Part shown: piece after piece, positions 1 through 9,750 of the stretch
Layout: every line of letters begins with the position of its first letter
Numbering within the stretch: the first letter of the stretch is position 1
From: a virus
Length of the DNA: 64,000 nucleotides
Reading direction: 5' to 3' (one strand)
Virus record (IMG/VR): IMGVR_UViG_3300036766_002288
Span: 32,001 to 96,000 of that record
The notes under the pieces: generated by a model
Database searches by the model: none
Seen by the model: the letters and a program-made list of their open reading frames with translations, nothing else
What the model was told of the DNA's origin: nothing
Made by a program: the position numbers and the translations under genes

Positions 1-2
1 GG

Positions 3-770
3 TTTGAAACTCGTCGTAGACTTATGCCTTTAAATCCTGCTGTCTGCCGTTTAGATGGTAAGAATTTCCACAATTTTTGTCGTGGTTTAGAAAGACCTTA
101 CGATGAACGCCTATCATCATTAATGTGTGACCTTACTACTTTCCTTGCCAAGGAGTTTTGCGCAGTTGCCGCCTATACTCAAAGTGATGAAATTACTCTT
201 GTGTGGAATCAGGAAAGGTTTGATTCTGAAATCTTCTGTGATGGCAAGATTCAGAAAATGAATTCTTTATTGGCAGCTAGAACTTCTGTCAAATTTAATT
301 CATTACTGTCCCAATACATTCCAGAAAAAGTCAGTATGGAACCGATCTTTGACTGCCGAATTTTCTCTTTGCCGAACACTACGGAAGCTGCCAACGTGTT
401 CTTGTGGAGAGAAATTGATGCTGCGCGTAACAGCGTTCAAATGGCAGGGCGTGCTTATTTTTCTCATAATGAAGTGCAGGATAAGAATGGTTCAGAAATT
501 CAGGAAATGCTTTTCTCAAAAAAGAACATTAACTGGAATGATTATCCTGCGTTTTTTCGCAGAGGTAGATATATATTACGGAGAATTAAAAAAGGAATAT
601 TGAAATTTGAAGAAATAGAAACACTGCCACTAAAACACCACGCCCGCAGTAATCCAGAATTAGTTTGTGAACGAAATGTTTATGAAGAAGTTCATTTACC
701 ACCGTTAAGGAAAATAGTCAATCGAGAAAGAGTTTTATTTTATAATGAGGAACCTAAAACAAAGGAATAG
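3..770 (+). CDS. thg1: tRNA-His guanylyltransferase Thg1-like protein (probably 5'-truncated by window edge)
   Basis: RLDGKNFH, AYTQSDEITL, FDCRIF and WREIDAARNS motifs; frame open back to window start. Confidence 0.9.
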   Translation, partial: FETRRRLMPLNPAVCRLDGKNFHNFCRGLERPYDERLSSLMCDLTTFLAKEFCAVAAYTQSDEITLVWNQERFDSEIFCDGKIQKMNSLLAARTSVKFNSLLSQYIPEKVSMEPIFDCRIFSLPNTTEAANVFLWREIDAARNSVQMAGRAYFSHNEVQDKNGSEIQEMLFSKKNINWNDYPAFFRRGRYILRRIKKGILKFEEIETLPLKHHARSNPELVCERNVYEEVHLPPLRKIVNRERVLFYNEEPKTKE

Positions 771-772
771 AA

Positions 773-1324
773 TTGAGTAAAATCAAAGTAACATGCAATT
801 TTTGTAAAAAAAGGGTCATTAAGAATGCAGCAATTGTCAAATACCAACAAAAAAGAAATAAACCTTTTTATTGCGGATACAGTTGTTCTAACAAATCAAG
901 AACTGAAGTCATCATAACAATATGTCAATGGTGTAAAAAATCTTATTCCCCAAAATGGAACAAAGCATCGTCTACTTTCTGTTCCATTAAATGCGGGAGT
1001 TTGTATAGTTCCCATCAAAGACATGTGAAGTATATAGAAAGATGGAAATTAGGATTAGAAAACGGAAATACTAGTAAGAATGGCGTCATGGTATCGTCCC
1101 ACATTCGCAAATATTTGTTTAAAAAATACAAAAGCAAATGCAGCGAATGCGGCTGGCATAAAATTCATCCTATAACGAGGCGAATACCTTTAGAAATTGA
1201 CCATTTGGATGGAAATTGGAAAAATAATTGTGAGAGCAACTTACGTTTAATTTGTCCTAATTGCCATTCACTATCCCCTAATTTTCGAGCATTGAACAAA
1301 GGCAGGGGAAGAAAAAACAATTAA
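773..1324 (+). CDS. HNH endonuclease with N-terminal Zn-binding repeats
   Basis: CSECGW...LEIDHLDGNWKNNCESNLRLICPNCH; FYCGYSC/FCSIKC repeats. Confidence 0.9.
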   Translation: MSKIKVTCNFCKKRVIKNAAIVKYQQKRNKPFYCGYSCSNKSRTEVIITICQWCKKSYSPKWNKASSTFCSIKCGSLYSSHQRHVKYIERWKLGLENGNTSKNGVMVSSHIRKYLFKKYKSKCSECGWHKIHPITRRIPLEIDHLDGNWKNNCESNLRLICPNCHSLSPNFRALNKGRGRKNN

Positions 1325-1353
1325 CCCAGATTTAGTAAGCATAGGTTAAAATT

Positions 1354-1566
1354 ATGGATGTAGCATTTTTTATGGGACTTGTTTCTGGAGTCTTTATAGG
1401 TTTAGGCTTCAGTCTATTTGTGTGCAAACACGTTAAGAAGGCAGTCTACGAGGCTATAGTGGAAGCCTTAAATACCAAAAAGACGAAACGAAAAGAAGAT
1501 ATTCTTAACGAAGACGAAGAAGAAGATTGGTGGAAGCCGAAAGGCTGGAGACCAGATGATGAATAA
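1354..1566 (+). CDS. small membrane protein
   Basis: N-terminal hydrophobic helix, acidic tail, co-oriented in operon. Confidence 0.6.
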   Translation: MDVAFFMGLVSGVFIGLGFSLFVCKHVKKAVYEAIVEALNTKKTKRKEDILNEDEEEDWWKPKGWRPDDE

Positions 1567-2131
1567 GTCGCAGATGCTAAGTCTGTTGGATGAGGAGGTT
1601 TGCAAATGTACTAAATGCCCAGAGTTAGTGACAAATCGCACACAAACAGTCCTAGACTCAGGCAATCCTGAGTCTAGGATTTTATTTGTTGGTGAAGCTC
1701 CTGGCCAGTCAGAAGATGAAAAAGGTGAAGTTTTTATAGGCAAAGCTGGGGAACTTCTAACCAATATTATAACTGCTTGTGGTCTCGATAGGGATCAAGA
1801 CACATATCTCATCAATCCCGTAAAATGTCGTCCACCGAATAATCGCAAGCCTTCCAAAATTGAACTGAGTAACTGTGCCCCGTTCTTTAAGTTGCAGATT
1901 AAGATTGCAAACCCAAAGTTTATAGTATGTCTAGGAGCAGTCGCTGCTAAGGCCATCCTTGATGTGGAAGAATCTGTTGGTATGTTGAGGGGGCGTTGGT
2001 TCAAATATGAGGACGGCATAGTAAACGCGGAAGTCCTAGTAACTTATCATCCAAGTTTTCTTCTAAGAAATCCTACCGCAAAAAAGGATGTTGCAGAAGA
2101 TATGCAGTTGTTGTTAGAGAAAATTAAATAG
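1556..2131 (+). CDS. udg: uracil-DNA glycosylase family 4 (Fe-S)
   Basis: CxxC start, LFVGEAPG, NPVKCRPPNNRKP, TYHPSFLLRN. Confidence 0.92.
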   Translation: MMNKSQMLSLLDEEVCKCTKCPELVTNRTQTVLDSGNPESRILFVGEAPGQSEDEKGEVFIGKAGELLTNIITACGLDRDQDTYLINPVKCRPPNNRKPSKIELSNCAPFFKLQIKIANPKFIVCLGAVAAKAILDVEESVGMLRGRWFKYEDGIVNAEVLVTYHPSFLLRNPTAKKDVAEDMQLLLEKIK

Positions 2132-2235
2132 TATGGCTCTGCTAGTAGTTCGGCTACCTTCGGTACTAGCCCCGTAACGGAGTCATCATTATGCTGTGGC
2201 ACCATTCGTCCGCTCGTCAACTGACCATACTATTT
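2126..2235. other. structured intergenic element closed by 11-bp inverted repeat
   Basis: AAATAGTATGG (2126-2136) / CCATACTATTT (2225-2235); inner GCTAGTA/TACTAGC and CCG-TAA-CGG stems; lies between convergent genes. Confidence 0.45.
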
Positions 2236-2744
2236 TAACTCTTCGGTCCTCTCTTCAAAGGCACAGGCTTCAGCTTTTCCATGTGACGGTCTGGTTTACC
2301 TTTAAGTTCGTGCATCATATTATAGACTTGTTTTGTAATTTCGAAAGCGTTCTCGCCTTTGCACTTCTCACTTGATTGCACACTAATTGTTTTTCTGTCT
2401 TTATTATAGAAGCCTTTGGACACTACGAAGCATTTGTGGGCAGGATTCCATGATACCACACAGACCCATTCGCCATCGTCCCAATTCCTGCTAGAGACCA
2501 ATACTCTTATTGGATTTTCGCCATAAACATGTTTAATATGGAAATTATGCTGTTTCAAGCCCGCCGAAACATACCCCAAAGCGATTTTGGCAAAACCATC
2601 TAGCACTTCATCTGGTTTGCTGCGGAAATTGACTTCGATGCTATATCTGGTGGCATTTGAACTCTCATTTAGCTCATCAGCCTGGACCATTAATAAAATA
2701 TCACCGACAGCGTGTTCATCAATATAATCTCTGAAATTTAGCAT
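2235..2744 (-). CDS. hypothetical protein with capsid-targeting-like N-terminus (MLNFRDYIDE)
   Basis: ORF track 2235..2843; likely ATG at 2744 avoids overlap with divergent gene. Confidence 0.7.
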   Translation of the reverse strand: MLNFRDYIDEHAVGDILLMVQADELNESSNATRYSIEVNFRSKPDEVLDGFAKIALGYVSAGLKQHNFHIKHVYGENPIRVLVSSRNWDDGEWVCVVSWNPAHKCFVVSKGFYNKDRKTISVQSSEKCKGENAFEITKQVYNMMHELKGKPDRHMEKLKPVPLKRGPKS

Positions 2745-2765
2745 ATCCACATTATATATATCTTC

Positions 2766-3080
2766 ATGAAGACTTTTAGAGAATGGGTTAAAAAAAGAAT
2801 TGATGAAGATGGGACTTTTACGAATCCTATGGATATTCAGCAAGCTGTAGGTAATGCTTTGAACCCCACTCCTGGTGGTAATCTTAACCCAAACTTAATA
2901 GCTACACAATTCGTGCAGAAAATGAGTAAACCTGTTCTACAAGCTATTGCAAACAATCCTGTAATGCAGAAGCTCCAAGCTGCACAAACACTAGCCAATA
3001 AGAAGGCAACTCCAAACCAAGTAGTTGCGCCGACTACAATGGCAAATCCAGTCACCCCAGGCGGACTGAACTATAATTAG
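2766..3080 (+). CDS. hypothetical Gln/Asn/Pro-rich protein, N-terminus MKTFREWVKKRIDE
   Basis: ORF track; T4 internal-protein-like N-terminus. Confidence 0.7.
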   Translation: MKTFREWVKKRIDEDGTFTNPMDIQQAVGNALNPTPGGNLNPNLIATQFVQKMSKPVLQAIANNPVMQKLQAAQTLANKKATPNQVVAPTTMANPVTPGGLNYN

Positions 3081-3979
3081 TCCATAGTAATTCCTAGAGT
3101 TGGTCCGTCTCCCCATCTGTAGATTAGGTCTTGACGCCAATCTTTAAGTCCCTCTTTGGATTCCTGTAGTAAAGCGGGACCGTCTAGTTGAACACCGCCA
3201 TTAGGCCCTGGAATGTTAGTCCATTTGCCACGAACACGTCCCAACATCGCCATAGCGTGATAAAAAGAACCAGTTATCATGGCGGTTGTAACCTGTTTAA
3301 AATCTGGTTTTTTCTGTAAGTAGTGAACCATTACGGCATTACATCCACACGGGGTAGGGTATAGTTTGATATTACAATAGCCATCAACCCATTCCCAGCC
3401 ACCTAACTGACTTGCCAATCTGTTATACATCTGTTCATACTGCTTATAAAGCACCCATTCTCCTGCTCTACCATAGATTGGAGTATTAGGGTCCATTAAA
3501 CCGCCCTGTATACTTGAATAAGCACCACCTGGGTAGTAGTATTCTATGGGAAGTACGCCGCCGATATCTGAGCCATTGAATGTAATATTAGGTTGTTCAC
3601 GGTAGTATACCATACGAATGAAGCCAACATCGGGGGGCATTGTATAAACGCTCTTGCCAGGTTGCGTATTGAATACATAATAGGTGAAATATTCACGACC
3701 TGCATATTCTTCAAACTCTAATAAGGCAAGGTCAACTGCTGCGTCTAATTGTTGGTCGTCTAATTCTATCTTAATGACTGGCGCACCTAATTGAAGAAGC
3801 ACTAAGTCTTTGATTTGCTCACGTACAATTTCACGACATGGACGCTTACCTATTTTACCACAACAGGCTGGCCCTGTTAAACCATTAGGGAACCCAGAGC
3901 CGTTGCCACTACATTGGTTGGCCTGAGATTGGCTAGGTCGGTTAATAAACAAAGTATTGTTGTTACAACTATTTGACAT
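3077..3979 (-). CDS. neck protein, T4 gp13-like
   Basis: LxLGAPVIKIELDDQQLDAAVDLAL motif and C-terminal GGVQLDG typical of gp13; gp14/gp15 nearby. Confidence 0.8.
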   Translation of the reverse strand: MSNSCNNNTLFINRPSQSQANQCSGNGSGFPNGLTGPACCGKIGKRPCREIVREQIKDLVLLQLGAPVIKIELDDQQLDAAVDLALLEFEEYAGREYFTYYVFNTQPGKSVYTMPPDVGFIRMVYYREQPNITFNGSDIGGVLPIEYYYPGGAYSSIQGGLMDPNTPIYGRAGEWVLYKQYEQMYNRLASQLGGWEWVDGYCNIKLYPTPCGCNAVMVHYLQKKPDFKQVTTAMITGSFYHAMAMLGRVRGKWTNIPGPNGGVQLDGPALLQESKEGLKDWRQDLIYRWGDGPTLGITMD

Positions 3980-4029
3980 TAACTGTATATATAATTGTTA
4001 AGAGGAAATATAGAATAGGGAGAGATAAA

Positions 4030-7000
4030 TTGTTTATTAAACCTTTTGAATTTGAGAGTTTTTTCAATAAAGACTGGAAGAAATTTATAGAGTCAGCCCT
4101 TTTTGAGGCACATCACAAGGCAAAAGAAGCCCTAAGTATGGGTGGTGGTGAAGTTCCAAAGATGCATTTCTTACCAGGAGACTATACAAAAGACCAAAAA
4201 TATTTTACACAATTCCATCCAGAGGCACTTGGTCATGCAGCAAAACAGAGATATGCGGATGACTTACTCAAGATGGGACAACATTGGGACGTAACTGGTA
4301 AGTTACCAGAAGACATGGATCGGGCGGAAGGTGGTTTTAGAACAATTATCAAAAAACCAGGGAGAAAAAGTGCAGAGGAAAGTGGTATTGACCGTTTTCG
4401 CGTCTATAAGCATGTATTAAGTGATATTCTAACTCCTGAAGAATACGCTGATTTGGATGACGAACAAAAAAAGGCATATGATGAAGCACCAACTGAAAAA
4501 GTGAAAGACGAAGAAAGCGGAGAAATGGTGCCAAAGAAGTTATTAAAGATTTACACAGGGCATTCACATCTTGCTAAAGCTCTAAGTGCGCCTGCAAAAA
4601 TAATTTCCAACCAACACGAATACGAAGGCAATACAAAATTCAAGCCAGGCATAGGCTTAAATGATATTAAAATGCACGATGCAGAAGGAAATGTAATAGA
4701 ACCAGACCCACAGCATGTTAAAGATTATTTGGCATCGGGTCATGGCCCATATGATTATGATCTTGGTAAGGTTCGCATGGTTCCAAAAGAACTTTATGAA
4801 AAATTATCTGACGATGAAATTATTGAAAGAATGCATCCAAAATGGAAGTCTTTATATGCACATATTGCAAAAGACCCAAATTGGACTAATATGCGTGATT
4901 CACTAAGGCACGGCGATAAGAAAATCGTTCGTGAAATCATGAGTAAAAACAAAAGTTTCAAAGAACTAAGTAACGCTATTGACAAAACAAAAAAGAAGAT
5001 GCAGGAAGAACCTGGACATAGCATGGCTGGTTTTGAGCCAATTAAGACCGAAAAAGCAACTTCTTTCATGAGTGATTGGATGCGAGCTAGTGCATTGGGC
5101 CTTTTGGGGCCTAGATTAAAAGAAGGAGAAATGGTAAAAGACCCTGTAACTGGAAAGAAAGTTCCAGTGCATCTAATGCCATCTGAAGAAGCTAGTAAAT
5201 ATTTTGGTGGTAGGAATTTTACAGCTGGTTTTCATGCTGGTTTATCGAGAGGCAGCAAAGATGGCAAAAAAGCACATCCAGGCGAACACATTAATCTAGA
5301 AATCCCTGTAATCCCAAGAATGGTTTCTTGGGAAGACCAAAGTGTGAGTGGTGCATCTTTAGGACATGAGCAGAAAAAGATATGGGTTCCTTATTTGTAT
5401 GATGCTAAAACTATACCACATATTCCTTGGAATACAGAACAAAAGGCTATAATGGCACACCGCAAAAATCCAGATTTGTTGCCTGGATTCGGTGATTCAG
5501 ACAAACCATTAACGCCCGAAGAGAAAGAAAAATTAACGGCAGCTTATGAAGACGCCATTAATAATAAAAATTCTAAAGGTGAGCCAACTGCCCAAGCATC
5601 AAAACTAAAACAAGACTCTACGTCCATTGATATTACTAATATAATGAATAATTGGGATTTGTTAACTCCAGAACAAAGAGAGCATGTCGTCAAGAATTCT
5701 AGGAGCTTATTGCAACACGCAAAAGCCATGCATGGAAAATTTGACACAGCGTCAGCTTCCGATAAGTATTCCCACTCAAACTACAGTCACGGACTTGGAT
5801 ATGACGTAAACAAAAGCAGTATAGGTTCTGCATACTTGCATTTAAATGAAGCTCATAGGAAAGCAGTTATAGATAAATATAGCAAGCAAATGGCTGAAGA
5901 AGCAACCAAGGGTGTTTATGGTTGGTTATATGGTTCTAAAGCCGCTGGCGCTATTATGCAAGGTGGAAAACAAGGAGATGAACAAAAACTATCTCAATCT
6001 GCACTTGTGCCGCAATATATTAAGGCCGCGATGGAAAACGTTACTCCAGAACTTATTGAGATTTCCAAATATTATCTCATGACATGGTTAAACGACTATT
6101 GGGTTGGTATTGACGATTCATCTGTAGGTTTAAATGCGGTCAAAGCACCTGCAATTATAGCCAATCCAGAGATTGCAACTAAAGAAAGAATAAATAAAGT
6201 TATATCACTAATGGCCACTCTATCACAAGGAGCAATTAGTAATGCACCACCAAGAAGGGCAAGAACAAAATTTGGCCATCAGACAGGTGCGACTTCTGAC
6301 ATTGGTGGGGATACAGACATTACTAATTTAACTTCTAAAGAAGATCAACAAAAGAAATATGGTCAGTGGCAACAAGATTGGTGGACAAATCGTCTCGCTA
6401 AGCATCCTGGGGAAAAAGTTGGAATGTCATGGAAAGGCAACTTAGGTGAATTCACGTTGCCTAAAATTGCCGAAGGTATCCGCCAAAGAGTTAAAGATTC
6501 CTTGGGCGGTGCTGCTAGCGCAGAAGTTGATAAAGCTATGGCAAAAGCTACAAAAAGAATGCAAATTGCTATTGAGGCAGCACAAGCTTTAACAGGTTAT
6601 TATGATAACGAATATTCGTTAGAAAAAAACGAAAAAGGTGAGCCAAAATATACAGAGGAAGAATTGGAAAAAATAGTAGACGAGCGTGTTAAAAAAGAAC
6701 TTCCAGAAACATTGGCAAAACAAGCGCCAGAACTATTCGCAAATATGAGTAAAGATGAAAAAGAAGATTTAGAAACAAGATTGAGAGAAAAACAACAATC
6801 TGCTGGCTCAATGTATCTGCATCACGATTCTGAAAAAGAAACTCCAGAATATATTAAAGAATTTGAAGAAGCTATGAATGAATTCTGGAGTAATGTTGCC
6901 ACAGAAGAATCAGCATACATGCCAAAATACGATGAAACTAATAAAAAGTTTATAGATGATACTTATAAGATTTACTTACCAGATTTTTGGAAAAGAGGTG

Positions 7001-7578
7001 AGACAGTAAACGCGGCGGACATTATTAAAAAAATAAGTGCCGTATACAGTGCTGTTTCACCTAATCCAGGGTCGAAAATGAAGGCAGTCATTAATAAAAA
7101 CTTAATGGCTAACGCATTTGATATTTATAAGCAAATTCTTCTTGACGCACACCAGGCTTCAGGCAAAACTGATGAACAAATGAAGCAAGAACTACAACAG
7201 GCTGGCTTAGGTACGGCGCATGATGAACCTGTTAAGGCCCCTCTACAAGCCCAGCCAATGCAGCAACAACCACAAGTAGCGGCTGTTGCTGCTAATGAGG
7301 TAGATGCTGTATTGGTTAATCTAGCTAAATATGATAGTGCAGCAGAATTCATAAAATTAGCTAATCAAATATTGACGAATGCAGATGAATTAAAGCAAAG
7401 TCCTAATCATGCTCTAATCGCGGACAAAATATTCCAGGCATTAGAAAAATGGAAAATCCGTAGAAATGAAAAAATGATTCAAAACTCTAAAGCAGGAATA
7501 CTGCCTGATATGGCAGAAACAAATGCTGTAAATACAGCATACAAGAAATTGAGAGACCTACATCAAACTTTGGCATAA
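4030..7578 (+). CDS. large hypothetical protein (~1180 aa), possible virion internal protein
   Basis: ORF track 3973..7578; probable TTG start at 4030 after AGGGAGAG; no recognisable catalytic motif. Confidence 0.75.
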   Translation: MFIKPFEFESFFNKDWKKFIESALFEAHHKAKEALSMGGGEVPKMHFLPGDYTKDQKYFTQFHPEALGHAAKQRYADDLLKMGQHWDVTGKLPEDMDRAEGGFRTIIKKPGRKSAEESGIDRFRVYKHVLSDILTPEEYADLDDEQKKAYDEAPTEKVKDEESGEMVPKKLLKIYTGHSHLAKALSAPAKIISNQHEYEGNTKFKPGIGLNDIKMHDAEGNVIEPDPQHVKDYLASGHGPYDYDLGKVRMVPKELYEKLSDDEIIERMHPKWKSLYAHIAKDPNWTNMRDSLRHGDKKIVREIMSKNKSFKELSNAIDKTKKKMQEEPGHSMAGFEPIKTEKATSFMSDWMRASALGLLGPRLKEGEMVKDPVTGKKVPVHLMPSEEASKYFGGRNFTAGFHAGLSRGSKDGKKAHPGEHINLEIPVIPRMVSWEDQSVSGASLGHEQKKIWVPYLYDAKTIPHIPWNTEQKAIMAHRKNPDLLPGFGDSDKPLTPEEKEKLTAAYEDAINNKNSKGEPTAQASKLKQDSTSIDITNIMNNWDLLTPEQREHVVKNSRSLLQHAKAMHGKFDTASASDKYSHSNYSHGLGYDVNKSSIGSAYLHLNEAHRKAVIDKYSKQMAEEATKGVYGWLYGSKAAGAIMQGGKQGDEQKLSQSALVPQYIKAAMENVTPELIEISKYYLMTWLNDYWVGIDDSSVGLNAVKAPAIIANPEIATKERINKVISLMATLSQGAISNAPPRRARTKFGHQTGATSDIGGDTDITNLTSKEDQQKKYGQWQQDWWTNRLAKHPGEKVGMSWKGNLGEFTLPKIAEGIRQRVKDSLGGAASAEVDKAMAKATKRMQIAIEAAQALTGYYDNEYSLEKNEKGEPKYTEEELEKIVDERVKKELPETLAKQAPELFANMSKDEKEDLETRLREKQQSAGSMYLHHDSEKETPEYIKEFEEAMNEFWSNVATEESAYMPKYDETNKKFIDDTYKIYLPDFWKRGETVNAADIIKKISAVYSAVSPNPGSKMKAVINKNLMANAFDIYKQILLDAHQASGKTDEQMKQELQQAGLGTAHDEPVKAPLQAQPMQQQPQVAAVAANEVDAVLVNLAKYDSAAEFIKLANQILTNADELKQSPNHALIADKIFQALEKWKIRRNEKMIQNSKAGILPDMAETNAVNTAYKKLRDLHQTLA

Positions 7579-7579
7579 T

Positions 7580-7759
7580 ATGGAAGAATTATCTTTTAAA
7601 AAATGGTTGATGGAGATGGGTGGCGCAACCGATGCCATAGTCGGCAGTTGCGCCTCAACTGCTGACTACCAAGTTCAAGGTGCGTGTAGTGATTTAAAAG
7701 CAAGAAAACCCAAGAGAAAAAAGAATGAACAATCTATCCCAGATGCTACAAAATCCTAA
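7580..7759 (+). CDS. 59-aa protein MEELSFKKWLMEMGG...
   Basis: read manually (below ORF-track cutoff); ATG 1 nt after upstream stop, TAA at 7757. Confidence 0.65.
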   Translation: MEELSFKKWLMEMGGATDAIVGSCASTADYQVQGACSDLKARKPKRKKNEQSIPDATKS

Positions 7760-7982
7760 AACAATGGTTTTGAGAAAATTCATGGTAGAGGTTTTAGGTA
7801 ATAAAATCGTAAATTATGAAGACTTGTTAACTAGAATTGGGGTTAATTTGGTTACGGAGAGTGACCTTCAAGCATTTACACACATGATTAATGACATATT
7901 GGGCGTGGGTTATCTAAAAGCAGTCACGGATTACAGGACTCAATTAAACGATATGGGTATTGAAGTTACTATCAAGGAATAA
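7725..7982 (+). CDS. hypothetical protein
   Basis: ORF track. Confidence 0.65.
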   Translation: MNNLSQMLQNPKTMVLRKFMVEVLGNKIVNYEDLLTRIGVNLVTESDLQAFTHMINDILGVGYLKAVTDYRTQLNDMGIEVTIKE

Positions 7983-8493
7983 AGTTCGGCTGATAATCAC
8001 TTATCTGTGACGTAACTATCCAGAAATTACTATCTCCATAACTTTCATTACTTTTAATTCTCCACCATCTCCTATCTGTATTCAGTGGAAAAATAACAGA
8101 GTTTTCAGGAACTTCCTGTTTGGTGATTAGTTTTAAATAAAGGTCCGTTGTTTCGTAAACTTTAGCTTCAAAAGTAAACTTATCACCATATTTTATTCTA
8201 TTGTAGTTGGACCCATAAAGCGGATCAACTTTGGTAATAACGGTAGCAGGAAGACACCACACATCAAATACGTCCACATCCTTTTCAGTACTTTCTTTAG
8301 ACTTTTCTATTACTATCCCAGCTTCTTTGATTTCGACCTTAATTTTTTCTGGTTCGGGTTGACTATAGGTTCTTTGCCCAAATTTGTTGTGGAACTTAAT
8401 CTCTTCGCTTTTCGGCCATAGCGATTGGGAATTCATTACAGGATTTGGCTTGCTGTAGCAGTATATGCTACCGTCCTTATTTTTGATGGCCAT
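7972..8493 (-). CDS. hypothetical, probably virion head-tail region protein
   Basis: N-terminus MAIKNKDGSIY resembles that of the gp14-like ORF (MTIKNCDGTPY). Confidence 0.6.
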   Translation of the reverse strand: MAIKNKDGSIYCYSKPNPVMNSQSLWPKSEEIKFHNKFGQRTYSQPEPEKIKVEIKEAGIVIEKSKESTEKDVDVFDVWCLPATVITKVDPLYGSNYNRIKYGDKFTFEAKVYETTDLYLKLITKQEVPENSVIFPLNTDRRWWRIKSNESYGDSNFWIVTSQISDYQPNFIP

Positions 8494-8532
8494 AATTTAA
8501 CACTTTTATAGGAATATAACTAAGCTATATGT

Positions 8533-9144
8533 ATGTATGATCCTAATTATCATAAAAACCGAGCCGAAAAACGTAAACTAAGAGGCCAATGCAGATATTG
8601 TGACAGCACAATATGTGCTAATTCCACAGTATCATGTAGTGCTTGTCTTAAAAGGTATAATAACTATAAGAAAAGAAGAAGGGTATTCGAGATATGCAGA
8701 AATTGCCCCAATAAAATCAGTAAAAGATCAAGTTGCCTATGTGATATGTGTCTCGATAAAAATAAGACAAGGATACACGGTTATGTGACAGATATAGACG
8801 AAACTTCTATAGCTAGAAGAAAATATGCTTCAATCAAGTCAAGTGCCAAAAAAAGAGATATTGATTTATCATTAAACATTAGTGAATTTATTGACTGGTA
8901 TATATCGCAACCTCCTGAATGTTATTATTGCGAAATACAGATCAACGAACTTAAAAAAATAAAAAGAAAAAAATCAATAATGACAATAGACAGAAAAGAA
9001 AACTCTCTTGGCTACACTTTGGACAATATTTGTCTGGCTTGTTTTCGCTGTAATAATATGAAAAGCAATTTTTTCAAGAGTAATGAGTGGAAAGAAATAG
9101 CATCCAAATACATTGTGCCAAGAATCAATGAGTATCATGCATAA
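8533..9144 (+). CDS. HNH-like (His-Me finger) homing endonuclease
   Basis: CYYCEI...TIDRKENSLGYTLDNICLACFRCNNMK; Cys-rich N-terminus. Confidence 0.8.
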   Translation: MYDPNYHKNRAEKRKLRGQCRYCDSTICANSTVSCSACLKRYNNYKKRRRVFEICRNCPNKISKRSSCLCDMCLDKNKTRIHGYVTDIDETSIARRKYASIKSSAKKRDIDLSLNISEFIDWYISQPPECYYCEIQINELKKIKRKKSIMTIDRKENSLGYTLDNICLACFRCNNMKSNFFKSNEWKEIASKYIVPRINEYHA

Positions 9145-9153
9145 ATAACTTAT

Positions 9154-9741
9154 ATGACTATTAAAAATTGCGACGGAACGCCTTATCAACTTTCTGGTTC
9201 ATTAGACCTTTTCGACCCAACAAGTCCAGATCATGCGCTTGTAAGTTCTTTTGATTCCCAGCTTATTGATATAGCAGGCTCACCTATATTTTACTACGAA
9301 GTCTTTATACAGACTCATAATACTTTAGATAGGTTATATCGTGAAGATCGCGGAAAGATTTTCTCTAACAACCCAATACAACTAAAAGGCTACTACGAAC
9401 CTATACCTTCTCAGAACTTCATCAACCAGTTTGGTATTGATGCACCAGATGAATTAAAGATTCAATTTAATTACAATGACGTGCTTAAAGCCATAGGTCA
9501 TCCGCCAAAGGTTGGGTCTAGAATTTTTACACCACTTAAATCTGAAAATTGGGTTGTTATTCAGAGAAATGCAGGGGACTTCTTCTTATATGACCAGTTA
9601 AGATTAACGCTTATAGTTCAGAGATTCCAGGAATCTGTTTCTACTGGCGAAGGTCGTGTTACTCAGAAACGACCCGACATTAACTTAAATACAGGTAGTG
9701 CAATAGTGGACAATAATAGCAACAATATAAAATGCAAATAA
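9154..9741 (+). CDS. neck/head-completion protein, T4 gp14-like
   Basis: LYREDRGKIF...QFGIDAPDEL pattern; position before gp15-like gene. Confidence 0.75.
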   Translation: MTIKNCDGTPYQLSGSLDLFDPTSPDHALVSSFDSQLIDIAGSPIFYYEVFIQTHNTLDRLYREDRGKIFSNNPIQLKGYYEPIPSQNFINQFGIDAPDELKIQFNYNDVLKAIGHPPKVGSRIFTPLKSENWVVIQRNAGDFFLYDQLRLTLIVQRFQESVSTGEGRVTQKRPDINLNTGSAIVDNNSNNIKCK

Positions 9742-9750
9742 GGATAAGTT

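Noticed and set aside
2126-2235. Hammerhead ribozyme on minus strand
   Set aside because: The core reads TTGACGA...GAAT rather than CTGANGA...GAAA, and stems I/III are not evident.
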